From: Syntrophobacterales bacterium
GTDB lineage: Bacteria > Desulfobacterota > Syntrophia > Syntrophales > CAMTWB01
Direction of reading: 5' to 3'
NCBI GenBank assembly: GCA_037441775.1
Contig: JBBIRO010000008.1
Span: forward strand, 13,054 to 77,053
DNA: 64,000 bases
The stretch's first letter is position 1; each line of letters starts with the position of its first letter. Position numbers and translations under genes: made by a program. The notes under the pieces are model-generated. The model was given only the letters and a program-made list of their open reading frames with translations, made no database searches and was not told the origin of the DNA. Below are positions 53,053-63,444 of the stretch, one piece after another.

Positions 53053-56000
53053 ATGAAATTAAAGCGGCTGGAGATTGCGGGTTTCAAATCTTTTCGTGAG
53101 AGGGTGATTCTCGATTTCTCGGCCGGGATTAGCGCGGTAGTCGGCCCCAACGGATGCGGCAAGAGTAACATCGTGGATGCGATCCGCTTTGCCATGGGAG
53201 AGCAGCGGGTGCGGAGTCTGCGCGGTAAATCCATGGACGATATTATCTTCAACGGCTCGGAAGAGGCGGCGGCGGTCGGGATGGCGGAAGTATCCCTGAT
53301 TCTGGCCCGGGGTGATCAACCCTTTCCGGGCAGCTATGGGGAATGTGCAGAGGTCATGGTCACCCGGCGCCTGTCCCGTGGCGGTGAAAGCGATTATTTT
53401 TTGAACCGTGTTCGCTGTCGCCATCTGGACGTCAGGGAATTTTTTATGGGTACGGGGGCGGGCGCCCGATCCTACTCGCTGGTCGAACAAAACAGCGTGA
53501 CCGCAATGGTGGAAGCGAAGCCCGAAGAGATCAGGCTTTACATTGATGAGGCGGCGGGGATTTCCAAATACAAGGGGCGCCGGGAAAGCGCGCTTCGCAA
53601 GCTCGACGCCACCCGGCAGAACATGCTTCGCCTTAATGATATTATCGGAGAAGTAAAAACCAGCCTGGCCTCGACCGCAAAACAGGCCAGGAGGGCTAAG
53701 CAGTTCAAGGAGCTGCGCCAGGAGATCCGGGAAGGGGAAACGATTCTCGCCTGGCAGGCTTACAACGACCTTTCCGGTCGGCGCGAGCAGCAGATTGCCG
53801 TCCTTAATGATCTGCAAAGGGATGCTCTGGAGAGCGAGGTGCGCCTACTGACTCTCGAATCCTGCTGCGAGGCAGCAAAAGTGGATGTTCAGGAGGAGGA
53901 ACAGAAGGTAGCGGCGGAGCAGGACCGCTTTGCCAGTCTAAAAAGTGCCCTGGCTATCAAGGAACAGGGAACAGCCTTTGCCCGGAATAAGCTGCAAGAG
54001 CTTGCCGCCCGGGAGATAAAGCTCAGGGAGGAATTGACAGGGATCAGCCAGCGGCAACGGGAGCATGGCAAGGAGGCTGACCAGTTGACGGCGCTGATTG
54101 CCGCCGATCAAGCTCAGCTGGAAGAAGTCAAAAAGACCATCCGCGACCAGGAGAACCGGCTTGCCGCGGCGCGGCTTCTGGCCCGGGAGTCCCAGCGGGA
54201 AGCCGAAGAGAAACGCAGCCAGTGCTACAACGCGGCGACCGAAAAGACCAGACTGGACAATCAGCTCGTAAGCCTGGAAAAGAACAGCGAAGAGATGAGG
54301 AAACGGCGGGAGGCATCTGGGCGGGAAGAGTCGGAACTGGGAGGGCGCCTGCGGGAGCTGGAAGAACGTCTCGACCGTTTGAGAAACGCCCTGGAGGAGG
54401 ATTCTGACGCTTTGGTGAAGCTCAAAGAGCGGGGACGTCTGGCTTCCGAAGAGGAAGAGAGGGCGAGAGAGGAGTTACGGGAAGCGGAGGAAACAATAGC
54501 CGAATTGAAAGTGGATCGGGGCGGAAAGGCATCGCGTCTCCAATCCATGAAGGAGTTTCGGGATGGCTATGCCTTTTTGAATGAGGGCGCAAGATCCATT
54601 ATGAAGGTAGGCAAGGAGGGGCATAAGGGAAAATTAAACGGTTTTTCTCCTTTAGGCCTCATGGCCGATTTCATGGACGTACCCAAGGAATACGAAACAG
54701 CGGTGGAAGTGGCCCTGGGTGAAAAACTTCAATATGTGGCCGTAAGTAGTTACAGCGACGCGCTTACGGCCATCGGCTATCTGAAAACCAGTGGCGCCGG
54801 CCGGGGGAGTTTCGTGCCGCTGGAACTGGATGGTCAGGCCCCTGATTTGCCCGCTGAATCCGGGATTAAAGGAGCGGTCAGACTTATCGATGTTATTGGT
54901 TTTAGTGGCGTCTTTCGGCATTTGGGGGAAGTGCTCCTGGGAGACGTTTATCTTATTGAGAATCTGGCTGAGGGCCTTGACTTGAGGACACATGGCGGAA
55001 CGAAACCGGTTTTTGTTACCGCCGATGGTGATTTGATCACCACCCAGGGCGTTTTAACGGGTGGTTTTTCCGGCAACGGCCAACTGAGCCTTTTGAAAAA
55101 CCGTCGGGAAATAACCGAGCTGGAACTGTCCTTAAGCGCCATTGACCAGGATATTGACAGGTGGACGCGCCAAAGAATGGAGGCTTCCAGTCTCAGCCAA
55201 CGCTGGCGTGATGAGATAACCGAGGCCAGAGCCGCTCAACATCGGATCGAGCTTCAAATCAACGGCAAGAAAAAGGATTGTGAGCGGTACGGCGATGAAA
55301 TCAGGAGGCTCAAACAGCGACTGACGGTGATTGCTCTTAACATCAGTCAGCTTACGGAGGAGATAGATCGCAGCCGCACAAAACACGAGGCGCTGAAAAG
55401 CGAAATTGCCGGGAAGGCCGAACAGGAAAGCCGGCTTAATGCCGAATTGGCGGAAACGAAGCGCACCTGGGATCTGCTCCAGTCCGGCCTTCAGGATCAG
55501 GAGCAGGAACTCCTTAAGGGAAGCGTCCTCATGGCCACCCTTGAGCAAAAGCGGGAGGCGAATATCAGGACTAAAACCAGACTCGATGATTCTCTGGCAA
55601 TCCTGCAGCGCCAGGGACAGCAGAGGGAGCGGGAAATTGCAGCTTCCCTCGCCGCTTACGAGGAGTTGACGGCAAATATTCGTTTGGAAGAGGAGAATCT
55701 GCGAGAACTCTATCTGCAGTACGGGTCGGTTGAACAGAGCCTGGCGGAGATGAAGGAAAAACTGCGCCTTGGCAAGGAAGCGCTGCGAAATCAGGAACTC
55801 GAGAGGGAACAGGCCAGGGCGGTGGCGCGGGAACTGGCGGGAACGATCAGCCGTCATGAAGGCGCCATCCGGGAGTTATCGTTTCAGATGGATAGCTTAA
55901 GAGAGGCGACCGCCGGGAAGTACCACCTTGATCTGGCATCCTGGGTGCCGGAAACGCCGCCTGCAACATTGGATGCATATATGCTCAGACAACAGGTGCA

Positions 56001-56619
56001 GGACAAAAAGGCGCTGCTGGAAAAATTTGGCGAGGTGAATCTGCTGGCGCTTACGGAGCATGAGAAGCTCAAGGAGCGTCACGAATTTCTTTTTGCGCAG
56101 ATGGAGGATCTGAAGGCCGCGATAGATTCACTCAATAAAACAATTTCCCGGATCAACCGGATTACCCGCAGTCGTTTTTCCGATACTTTCCGCGAGATAA
56201 ACGAGCGTTTTCAGGAAGTTTTCCGCGTTCTTTTTCCGGGTGGCCGGGGCAGATTGCTGCTTACCGATGAAGAGAATCTGCTGGAGACCGGCGTCGATAT
56301 GGATATTCAAATTCCGGGTAAAAGGCTTCATGGCCTAAGTCTCCTCTCCGGAGGCGAAAAGACTCTGGCGGCAATAGCCCTAATTTTTGCCATTCTGCGT
56401 TACCGTCCCGCGCCGTTTTTAATTCTTGACGAGGTTGATGCCGCTTTAGATGATGTCAATATTGCGATCTTTAACGGACTAATCCGCGATATTGCGGAGA
56501 AGTCGCAGATCATCATGGTAACCCACAACAAACTTTCCATGGAGGTGGCCGACAGTCTCTTTGGCGTAACCATGCAGAAAAAGGGCTTGTCCAGCCTGAT
56601 TTCAGTTAGCCTTAACTGA
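53053..56619 (+). CDS. smc: Chromosome partition protein SMC
   Basis: Walker A GPNGCGKSNIVDA, long coiled coils, hinge (GLMADFMDVPKEYETAVEVALG), signature LSGGEKTLAAIAL, Walker B FLILDEVDAALD. 1188 aa. Confidence 0.97.
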   Translation: MKLKRLEIAGFKSFRERVILDFSAGISAVVGPNGCGKSNIVDAIRFAMGEQRVRSLRGKSMDDIIFNGSEEAAAVGMAEVSLILARGDQPFPGSYGECAEVMVTRRLSRGGESDYFLNRVRCRHLDVREFFMGTGAGARSYSLVEQNSVTAMVEAKPEEIRLYIDEAAGISKYKGRRESALRKLDATRQNMLRLNDIIGEVKTSLASTAKQARRAKQFKELRQEIREGETILAWQAYNDLSGRREQQIAVLNDLQRDALESEVRLLTLESCCEAAKVDVQEEEQKVAAEQDRFASLKSALAIKEQGTAFARNKLQELAAREIKLREELTGISQRQREHGKEADQLTALIAADQAQLEEVKKTIRDQENRLAAARLLARESQREAEEKRSQCYNAATEKTRLDNQLVSLEKNSEEMRKRREASGREESELGGRLRELEERLDRLRNALEEDSDALVKLKERGRLASEEEERAREELREAEETIAELKVDRGGKASRLQSMKEFRDGYAFLNEGARSIMKVGKEGHKGKLNGFSPLGLMADFMDVPKEYETAVEVALGEKLQYVAVSSYSDALTAIGYLKTSGAGRGSFVPLELDGQAPDLPAESGIKGAVRLIDVIGFSGVFRHLGEVLLGDVYLIENLAEGLDLRTHGGTKPVFVTADGDLITTQGVLTGGFSGNGQLSLLKNRREITELELSLSAIDQDIDRWTRQRMEASSLSQRWRDEITEARAAQHRIELQINGKKKDCERYGDEIRRLKQRLTVIALNISQLTEEIDRSRTKHEALKSEIAGKAEQESRLNAELAETKRTWDLLQSGLQDQEQELLKGSVLMATLEQKREANIRTKTRLDDSLAILQRQGQQREREIAASLAAYEELTANIRLEEENLRELYLQYGSVEQSLAEMKEKLRLGKEALRNQELEREQARAVARELAGTISRHEGAIRELSFQMDSLREATAGKYHLDLASWVPETPPATLDAYMLRQQVQDKKALLEKFGEVNLLALTEHEKLKERHEFLFAQMEDLKAAIDSLNKTISRINRITRSRFSDTFREINERFQEVFRVLFPGGRGRLLLTDEENLLETGVDMDIQIPGKRLHGLSLLSGGEKTLAAIALIFAILRYRPAPFLILDEVDAALDDVNIAIFNGLIRDIAEKSQIIMVTHNKLSMEVADSLFGVTMQKKGLSSLISVSLN

Positions 56620-56751
56620 CGACTTCGGGGGATATGGAGCTAACTACTTGAGATAAACGCCATTGTCACCATCTCACCATACCTCTTTCCTCAAGTGAGA
56701 GGCGGCTTTTGGTTTCTTTACGAAGTCTTCATTTTGACCGCTTGCCACACC

Positions 56752-57852
56752 CTATTGCTTTTCCTTCTGTCCTGATTTGAAATGAGGAGAATCACCCCAC
56801 TTGTGGTATGCTATCTCCTCGCCGATGGATGCAATTCTGCCCTCAAGGCATTGGCGGCAAAGGGTGGCATTTTCGTCCAGACAGGGTTTGCCGTCGTAGA
56901 GCTGGTAGGAAGACTTGTATTTAACGTCGGTAATATTGGGCATGATGATGTTGGCGCCCGCCAGCAGACCCCGTTCGCGGCCCGTTGCTTCCAAGGCTTG
57001 AAGGGCGGTGGTGGAGGCTATGTTTACATCCTGCAGATAAATCCTGGTTACTGCAATCATCTTCAAGGCCATTGCCAGTTGTTCTTCATCGCTGCGCTGC
57101 GGCCGCTGACTATATTCAAATCCCAGCGGAGTGTCCTTATGGACGACATAGGGGCCCATTCCTATCATGGCCACGTCCTGCTGTTTAAAGAAAATAATAT
57201 CATCCGCCAGGTCTGCTGTTGTTTGATTGGGCAGGCCGATCATGACCCCGGTTCCCACCTGGTAGCCGAGGTCGGCCAGAATTTTTAAGGTTGCAAGCCG
57301 GGAGTCAAAATCGTGATCGTTGGGATGAAGGCTGCGATAGAGGTCGTGGTTGGAGGTCTCAATTCGAAGCAGGTAGCGATGAGCGCCGGCGGCAAACCAT
57401 CTTTCCAGCGTGCTTCTGCTCTGTTCTCCCAAAGACAGGGTTATGCCCAGCTCTCCCTGGCTCATTTCTTTAATTTGATAGAGGATTTCTTCCACGAAGG
57501 ATACGAATTCCTCATCAACCCGTTCGCCTGATTGGAGCACCACCGAGCCGAAACCGCAATCGTAGGCCCATTTCGCCGCCGCCATTATCTCCGGGGCGGT
57601 CATCTGGAACCTCTCTACATTGGCATTGCCCCGTCTTATCCCACAATAATAGCAGTTCTTACGGCAGATATTGGAAAACTCAATCAGCCCCCGAAAATAC
57701 ACCTTGTTTCCGACATGCTTAAGCTTTACGCGGTAGGCCTGTTCGTATAACCTCTTGATAGACTCCTCATCGGCCAACTCCAAGAGATATACAAGGTCCT
57801 CTTTAGTCAGGTCTGGTCCTTTGCTCAACAGCCTATCCAAATTATTTTCCAT
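56752..57852 (-). CDS. HydE-like radical SAM protein (BioB/HydE/PylB family)
   Basis: GLIEFSNICRKNCYYCGIRRGN matches the HydE-type CX3CX2C context. TIM-barrel radical-SAM core. 366 aa. No hydF/hydG/hydA in the window, so assignment as the [FeFe]-hydrogenase maturase is tentative. Confidence 0.6.
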   Translation of the reverse strand: MENNLDRLLSKGPDLTKEDLVYLLELADEESIKRLYEQAYRVKLKHVGNKVYFRGLIEFSNICRKNCYYCGIRRGNANVERFQMTAPEIMAAAKWAYDCGFGSVVLQSGERVDEEFVSFVEEILYQIKEMSQGELGITLSLGEQSRSTLERWFAAGAHRYLLRIETSNHDLYRSLHPNDHDFDSRLATLKILADLGYQVGTGVMIGLPNQTTADLADDIIFFKQQDVAMIGMGPYVVHKDTPLGFEYSQRPQRSDEEQLAMALKMIAVTRIYLQDVNIASTTALQALEATGRERGLLAGANIIMPNITDVKYKSSYQLYDGKPCLDENATLCRQCLEGRIASIGEEIAYHKWGDSPHFKSGQKEKQ

Positions 57853-58039
57853 TACATCTCCTATGCTGACTTTTTTATTATCTTAGCAGTAATTTTGCCA
57901 GTTTTTCAAGTGCATAATTCCGCAGCAGGTGGGTGAAATTATTCATCGCGCCCCCGGAGGATTATTCTGCCTTGACTATTAAAGGGTTTTTTTATAGCCT
58001 CCGTCGCAAGTAAAAAAACAATTTTAAGATGAACGAGCG

Positions 58040-58705
58040 ATGATGTCACCAAATAAAAGTAAGCAAGAAAAAAATCGTTGCCAGTCCCGCGGGGAGGAAA
58101 TAGCCAACAGCGTAAGCCACGGACTGGGATTCTTGGCCGCTTTGATCTCGGCGCCTTTGCTGATAATTACCGCGTCCAGGCAGGGCAATACAGCCGATAT
58201 CGTGGGAATGACCATTTTTGCGGCGACTATGGTCCTCATGTATCTCTGCTCCACCCTCTATCACGCGCTGCCCCAGGAAAGCATCAAGCGCATTTTTCGT
58301 GTTTTCGATCATTGCTCCATCTATCTGCTCATCGCCGGGACCTACACTCCCTTTACCCTAAGCCTCTTGAGCGGGGCCTGGGGATGGATTATGCTCGGCT
58401 CGGTGTGGTCGCTTGCTTTGGTTGGAATAATGTTGAAGGCGGCCGGCGGGATGCGTTTTCCGAAGCTTTCCACCGCCCTGTACCTGGTCATGGGCTGGCT
58501 GATTGTTTTTGCGGTGAAGCCCTTGTGGCAGGCCATGCCGCATGCGGGTCTCTACTGGCTTTTGGGAGGAGGACTTGCCTATACCGTCGGCGTGGCATTT
58601 TATGCAACAGGCCATAGGGTCCGCTATGGGCACTTTGTCTGGCACCTGTTTGTCCTGGTCGGCACGGCCAGTCATTTCATCGCGGTATTCAAGTACGCCA
58701 TTTGA
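58040..58705 (+). CDS. Hemolysin-III / PAQR-family membrane protein
   Basis: EEIANSVSHGLG, STLYH, DH..IYLLIAGTYTPF, H..W.L...G...HF motifs. Seven predicted TM segments. 221 aa. Confidence 0.9.
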   Translation: MMSPNKSKQEKNRCQSRGEEIANSVSHGLGFLAALISAPLLIITASRQGNTADIVGMTIFAATMVLMYLCSTLYHALPQESIKRIFRVFDHCSIYLLIAGTYTPFTLSLLSGAWGWIMLGSVWSLALVGIMLKAAGGMRFPKLSTALYLVMGWLIVFAVKPLWQAMPHAGLYWLLGGGLAYTVGVAFYATGHRVRYGHFVWHLFVLVGTASHFIAVFKYAI

Positions 58706-58800
58706 TATCCCAAACATCGGGCGCCACCTTGTAAGCTTCGTCACCCAACCCGGAAGGATGTAATCTACAACGAGAACTTAATCTTATGGAGGCAGGCGGT

Positions 58801-59847
58801 ATGGCAATTTATCAGGCAGGTTCCTATTCCTTTAATCTCGACGGCTTCTTTCCGATGGCCATATTTGACGCGATAACGGAAATCAGAGTATCCAATCCCG
58901 GCATAATTCTTGAGGAAGCACGCTTAAGAAAAAAGCGAAAAACGCTGACCAAAAATGGCAAGATCGTGATTCTGGCAGCCGATCACCCCGGGCGGATGGT
59001 CATCAAATCGGGAGACGACCCGATTGCGATGGCAGACAGACAGGAGTATCTGGGCCGGATTTTAAGGGTTGTAACCGATGACCGCATCGACGGCATTATG
59101 GGGACCACCGACATCATCGAAGACCTCCTTATTGTGAACCACCTGCTGAAAAAAAACGGTGGCCACGCCTTTTTGGACGGAAAGGTCATCTTAGGCTCGA
59201 TGAACCGGGGCGGACTCGCGGGTGTTACATTTGAGATGGATGACACCTTCACGTCCTTTACGGCGGAAAGCATCAAATTGCTCAATTTAGACGGCGCGAA
59301 GATCATGTTTCGGCTGGACATCACCAGCCGGGATTCCGGCAAAACGATGCTTTACTGCGCCGAGTCCATCAACGAACTGAACAAGCTGGAGCTGCCGACC
59401 TTTCTTGAGCCGCTGTATGTTTCCCCTGGTGACTACAAAATGCAAAAAACGCTCCCCGAGATGGTCAAAATCGTAGGCGTGGCTTCAGCGATGGGTGATT
59501 CCTCCCGCAACTTGTGGCTCAAGATACCCTACGGAGCTAATTTCGATAGAATTGCCAAAGCGACCACCCTGCCGCTTTTGATGCTGGGCGGCGAGTCGAA
59601 AGGCGACCCAACGGGTGTGATCTCGGAGTTTGCCGCCGGGATCAGCGCCGGGAAAAACGTCCGGGGGGCGTTGGTGGGCCGAAACATTCTCTTTCCGGGC
59701 AAGGATGATCCGCTGGCCGCGGCCCTGGCCGTGGTACAGGTGATCCATAACGGCTATTCCCAAGATCAGGCGCTGGAGTTCCTGATGAAAAACCGAGATC
59801 TCAATCTTGATGCCCTGACAAAGCATCTATCGGCCAGAGCAAATTGA
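58801..59847 (+). CDS. Aldolase-type (beta/alpha)8 barrel protein (DeoC/FbaB-like; resembles what I recall as the Cgl0159 family)
   Basis: ILAADHPGR..., class I aldolase-like layout with FRLDI...K and GGES.G segments. Family name from memory only. Start set at the ATG 8 nt after GGAGG. Confidence 0.5.
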   Translation: MAIYQAGSYSFNLDGFFPMAIFDAITEIRVSNPGIILEEARLRKKRKTLTKNGKIVILAADHPGRMVIKSGDDPIAMADRQEYLGRILRVVTDDRIDGIMGTTDIIEDLLIVNHLLKKNGGHAFLDGKVILGSMNRGGLAGVTFEMDDTFTSFTAESIKLLNLDGAKIMFRLDITSRDSGKTMLYCAESINELNKLELPTFLEPLYVSPGDYKMQKTLPEMVKIVGVASAMGDSSRNLWLKIPYGANFDRIAKATTLPLLMLGGESKGDPTGVISEFAAGISAGKNVRGALVGRNILFPGKDDPLAAALAVVQVIHNGYSQDQALEFLMKNRDLNLDALTKHLSARAN

Positions 59848-59874
59848 CGAGCTTGCCAGAATGGAGTGACTTTG

Positions 59875-61101
59875 ATGAGAGGAAATTGCATTATTGCCCA
59901 AAGCGGAGGCCCTACGGCGGTCATCAACGCCAGCGCCTGCGGCGTCATCCAGGAAGCGATGAAACATAATCAAATCGAGGGTATCTATGCTGCCCACAAC
60001 GGCATTTTAGGTATTTTGCAGGAAAAGATTTTTGATTTGCGGCGGGAGGATCACGCTACGATTGAAGGCTTGAAAACAACTCCCGCGGCAGCGCTGGGCT
60101 CCTGCCGTCACAAGGTGAATAAAGAACAGGAGTACCGTCAGATTCTCGCGGTCTTCAAAAAATACAATATCCGATACTTCTTTTATATCGGCGGCAATGA
60201 TTCTCAGGATACCGCCGACAAGGTAAACAAACTAGCCCTGAAGGAATGTTTCGACGTCCGGGTCGTAGGAGTTCCGAAAACGATCGACAACGACCTGGAG
60301 TATACCGATCATTGTCCCGGCTACGGTAGCGTCATCAAATACCTGGCGACGGCGGTGCTGGAGGCGGGGCGGGATACCGAAGCCCTCTATACGGCCGATA
60401 CGGTAAACGTTATTGAGACCATGGGACGCAATGCCGGCTGGATCGCGGCCGGTTGCGCTTTGGCCAAAAGGGACGAATGGGATGCCCCGCATATAATACT
60501 CTTGCCGGAAGTGCCTTTCGATAAGGAAAAGTTCAAGGAGCGGCTAAGGTATTTTCTTGCCAAAATCGGTTTTGCCGTTGTTGTGGTTTCCGAAGGAACT
60601 AAGCAGGCTGATGGAACGTACATCTCCGAGCAGAAGGGGGATTTTGCCCGGGATGCCTTCGGGCATACCCAACTGGGCGGCGCGGCAAACTTCATCAAGG
60701 AGATCGTGGAGCGGGAGGTCAAGGTTAAGTCCCGCTTCGCGATTCCTTCAACAATTCAACGCAACGCCGTCCATTGGGCGTCCCAGACGGATTCCCGGGA
60801 GGCTTACCTGGTTGGTCAGCGGGCGGTCCAATATGCGATAGGCGGCGTATCAGGAAAGATGGTCAGCATCAAAAGACTCTCCGATGCACCATATCTTATT
60901 GACACCGAAATGGTGGACCTTTCGCTTGCCGCAAATGGGGAAAAATATTTTCCCCTGGACTGGGTGACTAAAGACGGTTTTTTCGTCACGGAAGACTTTA
61001 TCAGATACGCCAGACCGTTGATTCAGGGAGAGGTAAAGCCTGTGATTGCCGACGGCATTCCCGTTTTCATGCGGATGAGGAAACATTTTGTGACATTCTA
61101 G
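59875..61101 (+). CDS. 6-phosphofructokinase, probably the pyrophosphate-dependent type
   Basis: QSGGPTAVINAS, IGGNDSQDTA (Asp rather than Gly after the GG(D/N) position, as in PPi-PFKs), PKTIDNDL, MGRNAGWIAA. About 408 aa. Confidence 0.88.
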   Translation: MRGNCIIAQSGGPTAVINASACGVIQEAMKHNQIEGIYAAHNGILGILQEKIFDLRREDHATIEGLKTTPAAALGSCRHKVNKEQEYRQILAVFKKYNIRYFFYIGGNDSQDTADKVNKLALKECFDVRVVGVPKTIDNDLEYTDHCPGYGSVIKYLATAVLEAGRDTEALYTADTVNVIETMGRNAGWIAAGCALAKRDEWDAPHIILLPEVPFDKEKFKERLRYFLAKIGFAVVVVSEGTKQADGTYISEQKGDFARDAFGHTQLGGAANFIKEIVEREVKVKSRFAIPSTIQRNAVHWASQTDSREAYLVGQRAVQYAIGGVSGKMVSIKRLSDAPYLIDTEMVDLSLAANGEKYFPLDWVTKDGFFVTEDFIRYARPLIQGEVKPVIADGIPVFMRMRKHFVTF

Positions 61102-61138
61102 CAAAAGGCAGTGTTTTTTTTGGCGGAGGGAAGAAAAA

Positions 61139-62548
61139 ATGGCCATAATATCCGATAATTTTCTGTTGAGCAATGAAACGGCGAAGACCCTCTATCATGA
61201 TTACGCCAAACAGACGCCTATTTTAGACTACCATTGCCATATTCCGCCCCGCGACATTGCCGCGGATCGCCGGTTTGATAACCTGACTCAAATCTGGCTG
61301 GAGGGAGACCATTACAAGTGGCGTCTGATGAGGGCCAACGGCATTGACGAGCGGTTCATAACCGGCGATGCCTCCGATAGGGAAAAATTTTTCGCCTGGG
61401 TTAAAACAATTCCCATGGCAGTAAGAAATCCGGTTTATCACTGGAGTTATTTGGAGTTGGCCCGCTATTTCGGCATTGGTGATACCCTGCTTAATTTAGC
61501 CAATGCGCCGTCAATTTATGACCGTTGCACCGCCCTGCTGCAAACGGCGGATTTTAGCGCCAGAAATATAATTAAACAAATGAACGTGGCGGCCTTGTGT
61601 ACCACTGACGATCCCACGGACGATCTGCAGCACCACAAAAAAATCCGCCAGGACGGCTTCGCAGTGCGGGTGCTGCCGGCATTTCGACCGGATCGGGGAA
61701 TGGCGGTGGAGTCTCCGGAATTATTCAATCGCTGGGTTGCCAAGCTCGAAGCGGCGGCCGACCGGGAGATCAGGAATTATCAGGGGTTTATCGACGCGAT
61801 AAAAAACCGCCATGACTACTTTCATGCCCATGGCTGTCGAGTCTCCGACCATGGAATCGAAACGGCCTATGCAGCTGATTTCACGGCAAGCGAAATCGCG
61901 GCGATATTCGACCGGGTCCGCCTGGGCAACGGCCTTGATGACACGGAAATCGTCAAGTTCAAATCCGCCATGATGATCGAATTCGCGACAATGGACTCGC
62001 AAAAGGGCTGGGTTCACCAACTTCATCTGGGCGCCCTTAGGAGCGTCAATTCCCGGATGCAGAAGATTCTCGGGCCGGATACGGGCTTCGACGCCATGGG
62101 TGATTTTGCCGTTGCCCGAACACTGGCGCAGTTTCTTGATCGGCTCCACCAACTGGATTGCCTGCCCAAAATGATCCTCTACAACATAAATCCGAAGGAT
62201 AACGAGGTGCTGGCGACTATTGCCGGATGCTTCCAAGACGGGATGGTGGCGGGAAAGATGCAGTTCGGCGCGGCCTGGTGGTTTCTCGATCAGAAAGACG
62301 GCATGACAACACAGCTTACTGCGCTGGCCAACGTCGGGCTTCTGGGACGTTTTATCGGGATGACCACCGATTCCCGAAGCTTGCTATCATATCCCCGCCA
62401 TGAATACTTCCGACGAATTTTATGCAACATCATAGGCGTTGACGTAGAAAATGGGGAGATATTTGAGGATATGGATACTCTGGGCCACATCGTCCAGGAC
62501 ATCTGCTTCAACAACGCCGTTGATTATTTTAGTATCCTATCTAATTAA
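61139..62548 (+). CDS. uxaC: Glucuronate isomerase UxaC
   Basis: FLL.NE.A..LYH.YA...PI.DYHCH..P..IA.....N....WL.GDHYKWR.MRANG is the UxaC N-terminal signature. 469 aa. Confidence 0.95.
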   Translation: MAIISDNFLLSNETAKTLYHDYAKQTPILDYHCHIPPRDIAADRRFDNLTQIWLEGDHYKWRLMRANGIDERFITGDASDREKFFAWVKTIPMAVRNPVYHWSYLELARYFGIGDTLLNLANAPSIYDRCTALLQTADFSARNIIKQMNVAALCTTDDPTDDLQHHKKIRQDGFAVRVLPAFRPDRGMAVESPELFNRWVAKLEAAADREIRNYQGFIDAIKNRHDYFHAHGCRVSDHGIETAYAADFTASEIAAIFDRVRLGNGLDDTEIVKFKSAMMIEFATMDSQKGWVHQLHLGALRSVNSRMQKILGPDTGFDAMGDFAVARTLAQFLDRLHQLDCLPKMILYNINPKDNEVLATIAGCFQDGMVAGKMQFGAAWWFLDQKDGMTTQLTALANVGLLGRFIGMTTDSRSLLSYPRHEYFRRILCNIIGVDVENGEIFEDMDTLGHIVQDICFNNAVDYFSILSN

Positions 62549-62771
62549 GGAAAAATCCCTATTCCATCGATTCCCTATTTCCTTAGCCTAGAATTTACGG
62601 GCGCGTATCGATGAAGCAATATGGCTCTGTCCCTAATGGTCCCTAATTATTCCTAATTATTTTTCTTGACATCGGCTCTTAAATACGATAGCTGCATTTT
62701 TAAAATATATTTTAAATATACAGCAACTATTTAAGTAGCTATAATAAATAATTATAAAAGCGCTTAATGTC

Positions 62772-63422
62772 ATGGTTAAAATCAAAAAAAGCAAAAAAGT
62801 AATTGTCTATGAAAATTTAAAGAGGTTGATAATAAGCAACTCTTTAAAGCCGGGCGACGCACTCAACGAAATCCTCCTGGCCAAGGAGATGAAAACCAGC
62901 AAGACCCCTATCCGTGAAGCCATCCAGCAACTGGAAAAGGATGGTTTGGTGGAAAACATCCGCGGTCGGGGGGCTTTCGTTTCTCGTTTCTCTTTTCAGG
63001 ATATCAGGGAGCTCACCGAGATCAGGGAGATCCTGGAATGTGATGTGATCAGAAAAGTAGCCGCTCGGGGGGAGTTCGACGTTTCCCAGGTGGCCGAGAT
63101 TCGCCGCAAGTTTGAAACGGGAGAAGCAAACGACAGTAAAAATACCAAAAGCTATATCAGCGCTGGGGACCAGATTCATCTGTTTATCTTTACCGCTCAT
63201 GGTAACGCCCGCCTGTTGGAATATTACCGGCGGCTTCACGAGCATATTACCCGCATCCGTTTATATCAGTACAATAAAGTAGATAAGGAGCGCGCCCTGG
63301 AATCTTTCCGTGAGCATCTGGAAATAATCGACGCCCTGATCGCCATGGATCCGGACCGAGCGGAACTGGCCATGAGGCGGCATCTGCACAATGCCCTGGA
63401 TTACCTCAAGAGCATAATTTAA
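62772..63422 (+). CDS. GntR-family regulator (FadR/FCD subfamily)
   Basis: Winged HTH (LNEILLAKEMKTSKTPIREAIQQLEKDGLVE...RGAFV) and a C-terminal helical FCD-type domain. 216 aa. Confidence 0.9.
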   Translation: MVKIKKSKKVIVYENLKRLIISNSLKPGDALNEILLAKEMKTSKTPIREAIQQLEKDGLVENIRGRGAFVSRFSFQDIRELTEIREILECDVIRKVAARGEFDVSQVAEIRRKFETGEANDSKNTKSYISAGDQIHLFIFTAHGNARLLEYYRRLHEHITRIRLYQYNKVDKERALESFREHLEIIDALIAMDPDRAELAMRRHLHNALDYLKSII

Positions 63423-63444
63423 TTTTGTCGAAAAAGGAGTTTAT

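Noticed and set aside
53059-53817. 252-aa ORF antisense to smc, and the similar 55132..55857 ORF
   Set aside because: Both lie inside the unambiguous SMC reading frame on the other strand. Neither has conserved motifs.
56617-56731. Reporting the sequence after smc as a firm MITE copy
   Set aside because: Only the short termini (TGACGACTTCG... and ...TTTCTTTACGAAGTCTTCA) resemble the family. The interior does not align and the length is 115 bp. It is mentioned only as a possible degenerate copy.
62631-62660. CRISPR-like or tandem-repeat array
   Set aside because: There are only three 10-bp units with no spacers and no cas genes in the window. The units are interpreted as possible regulator iterons instead.
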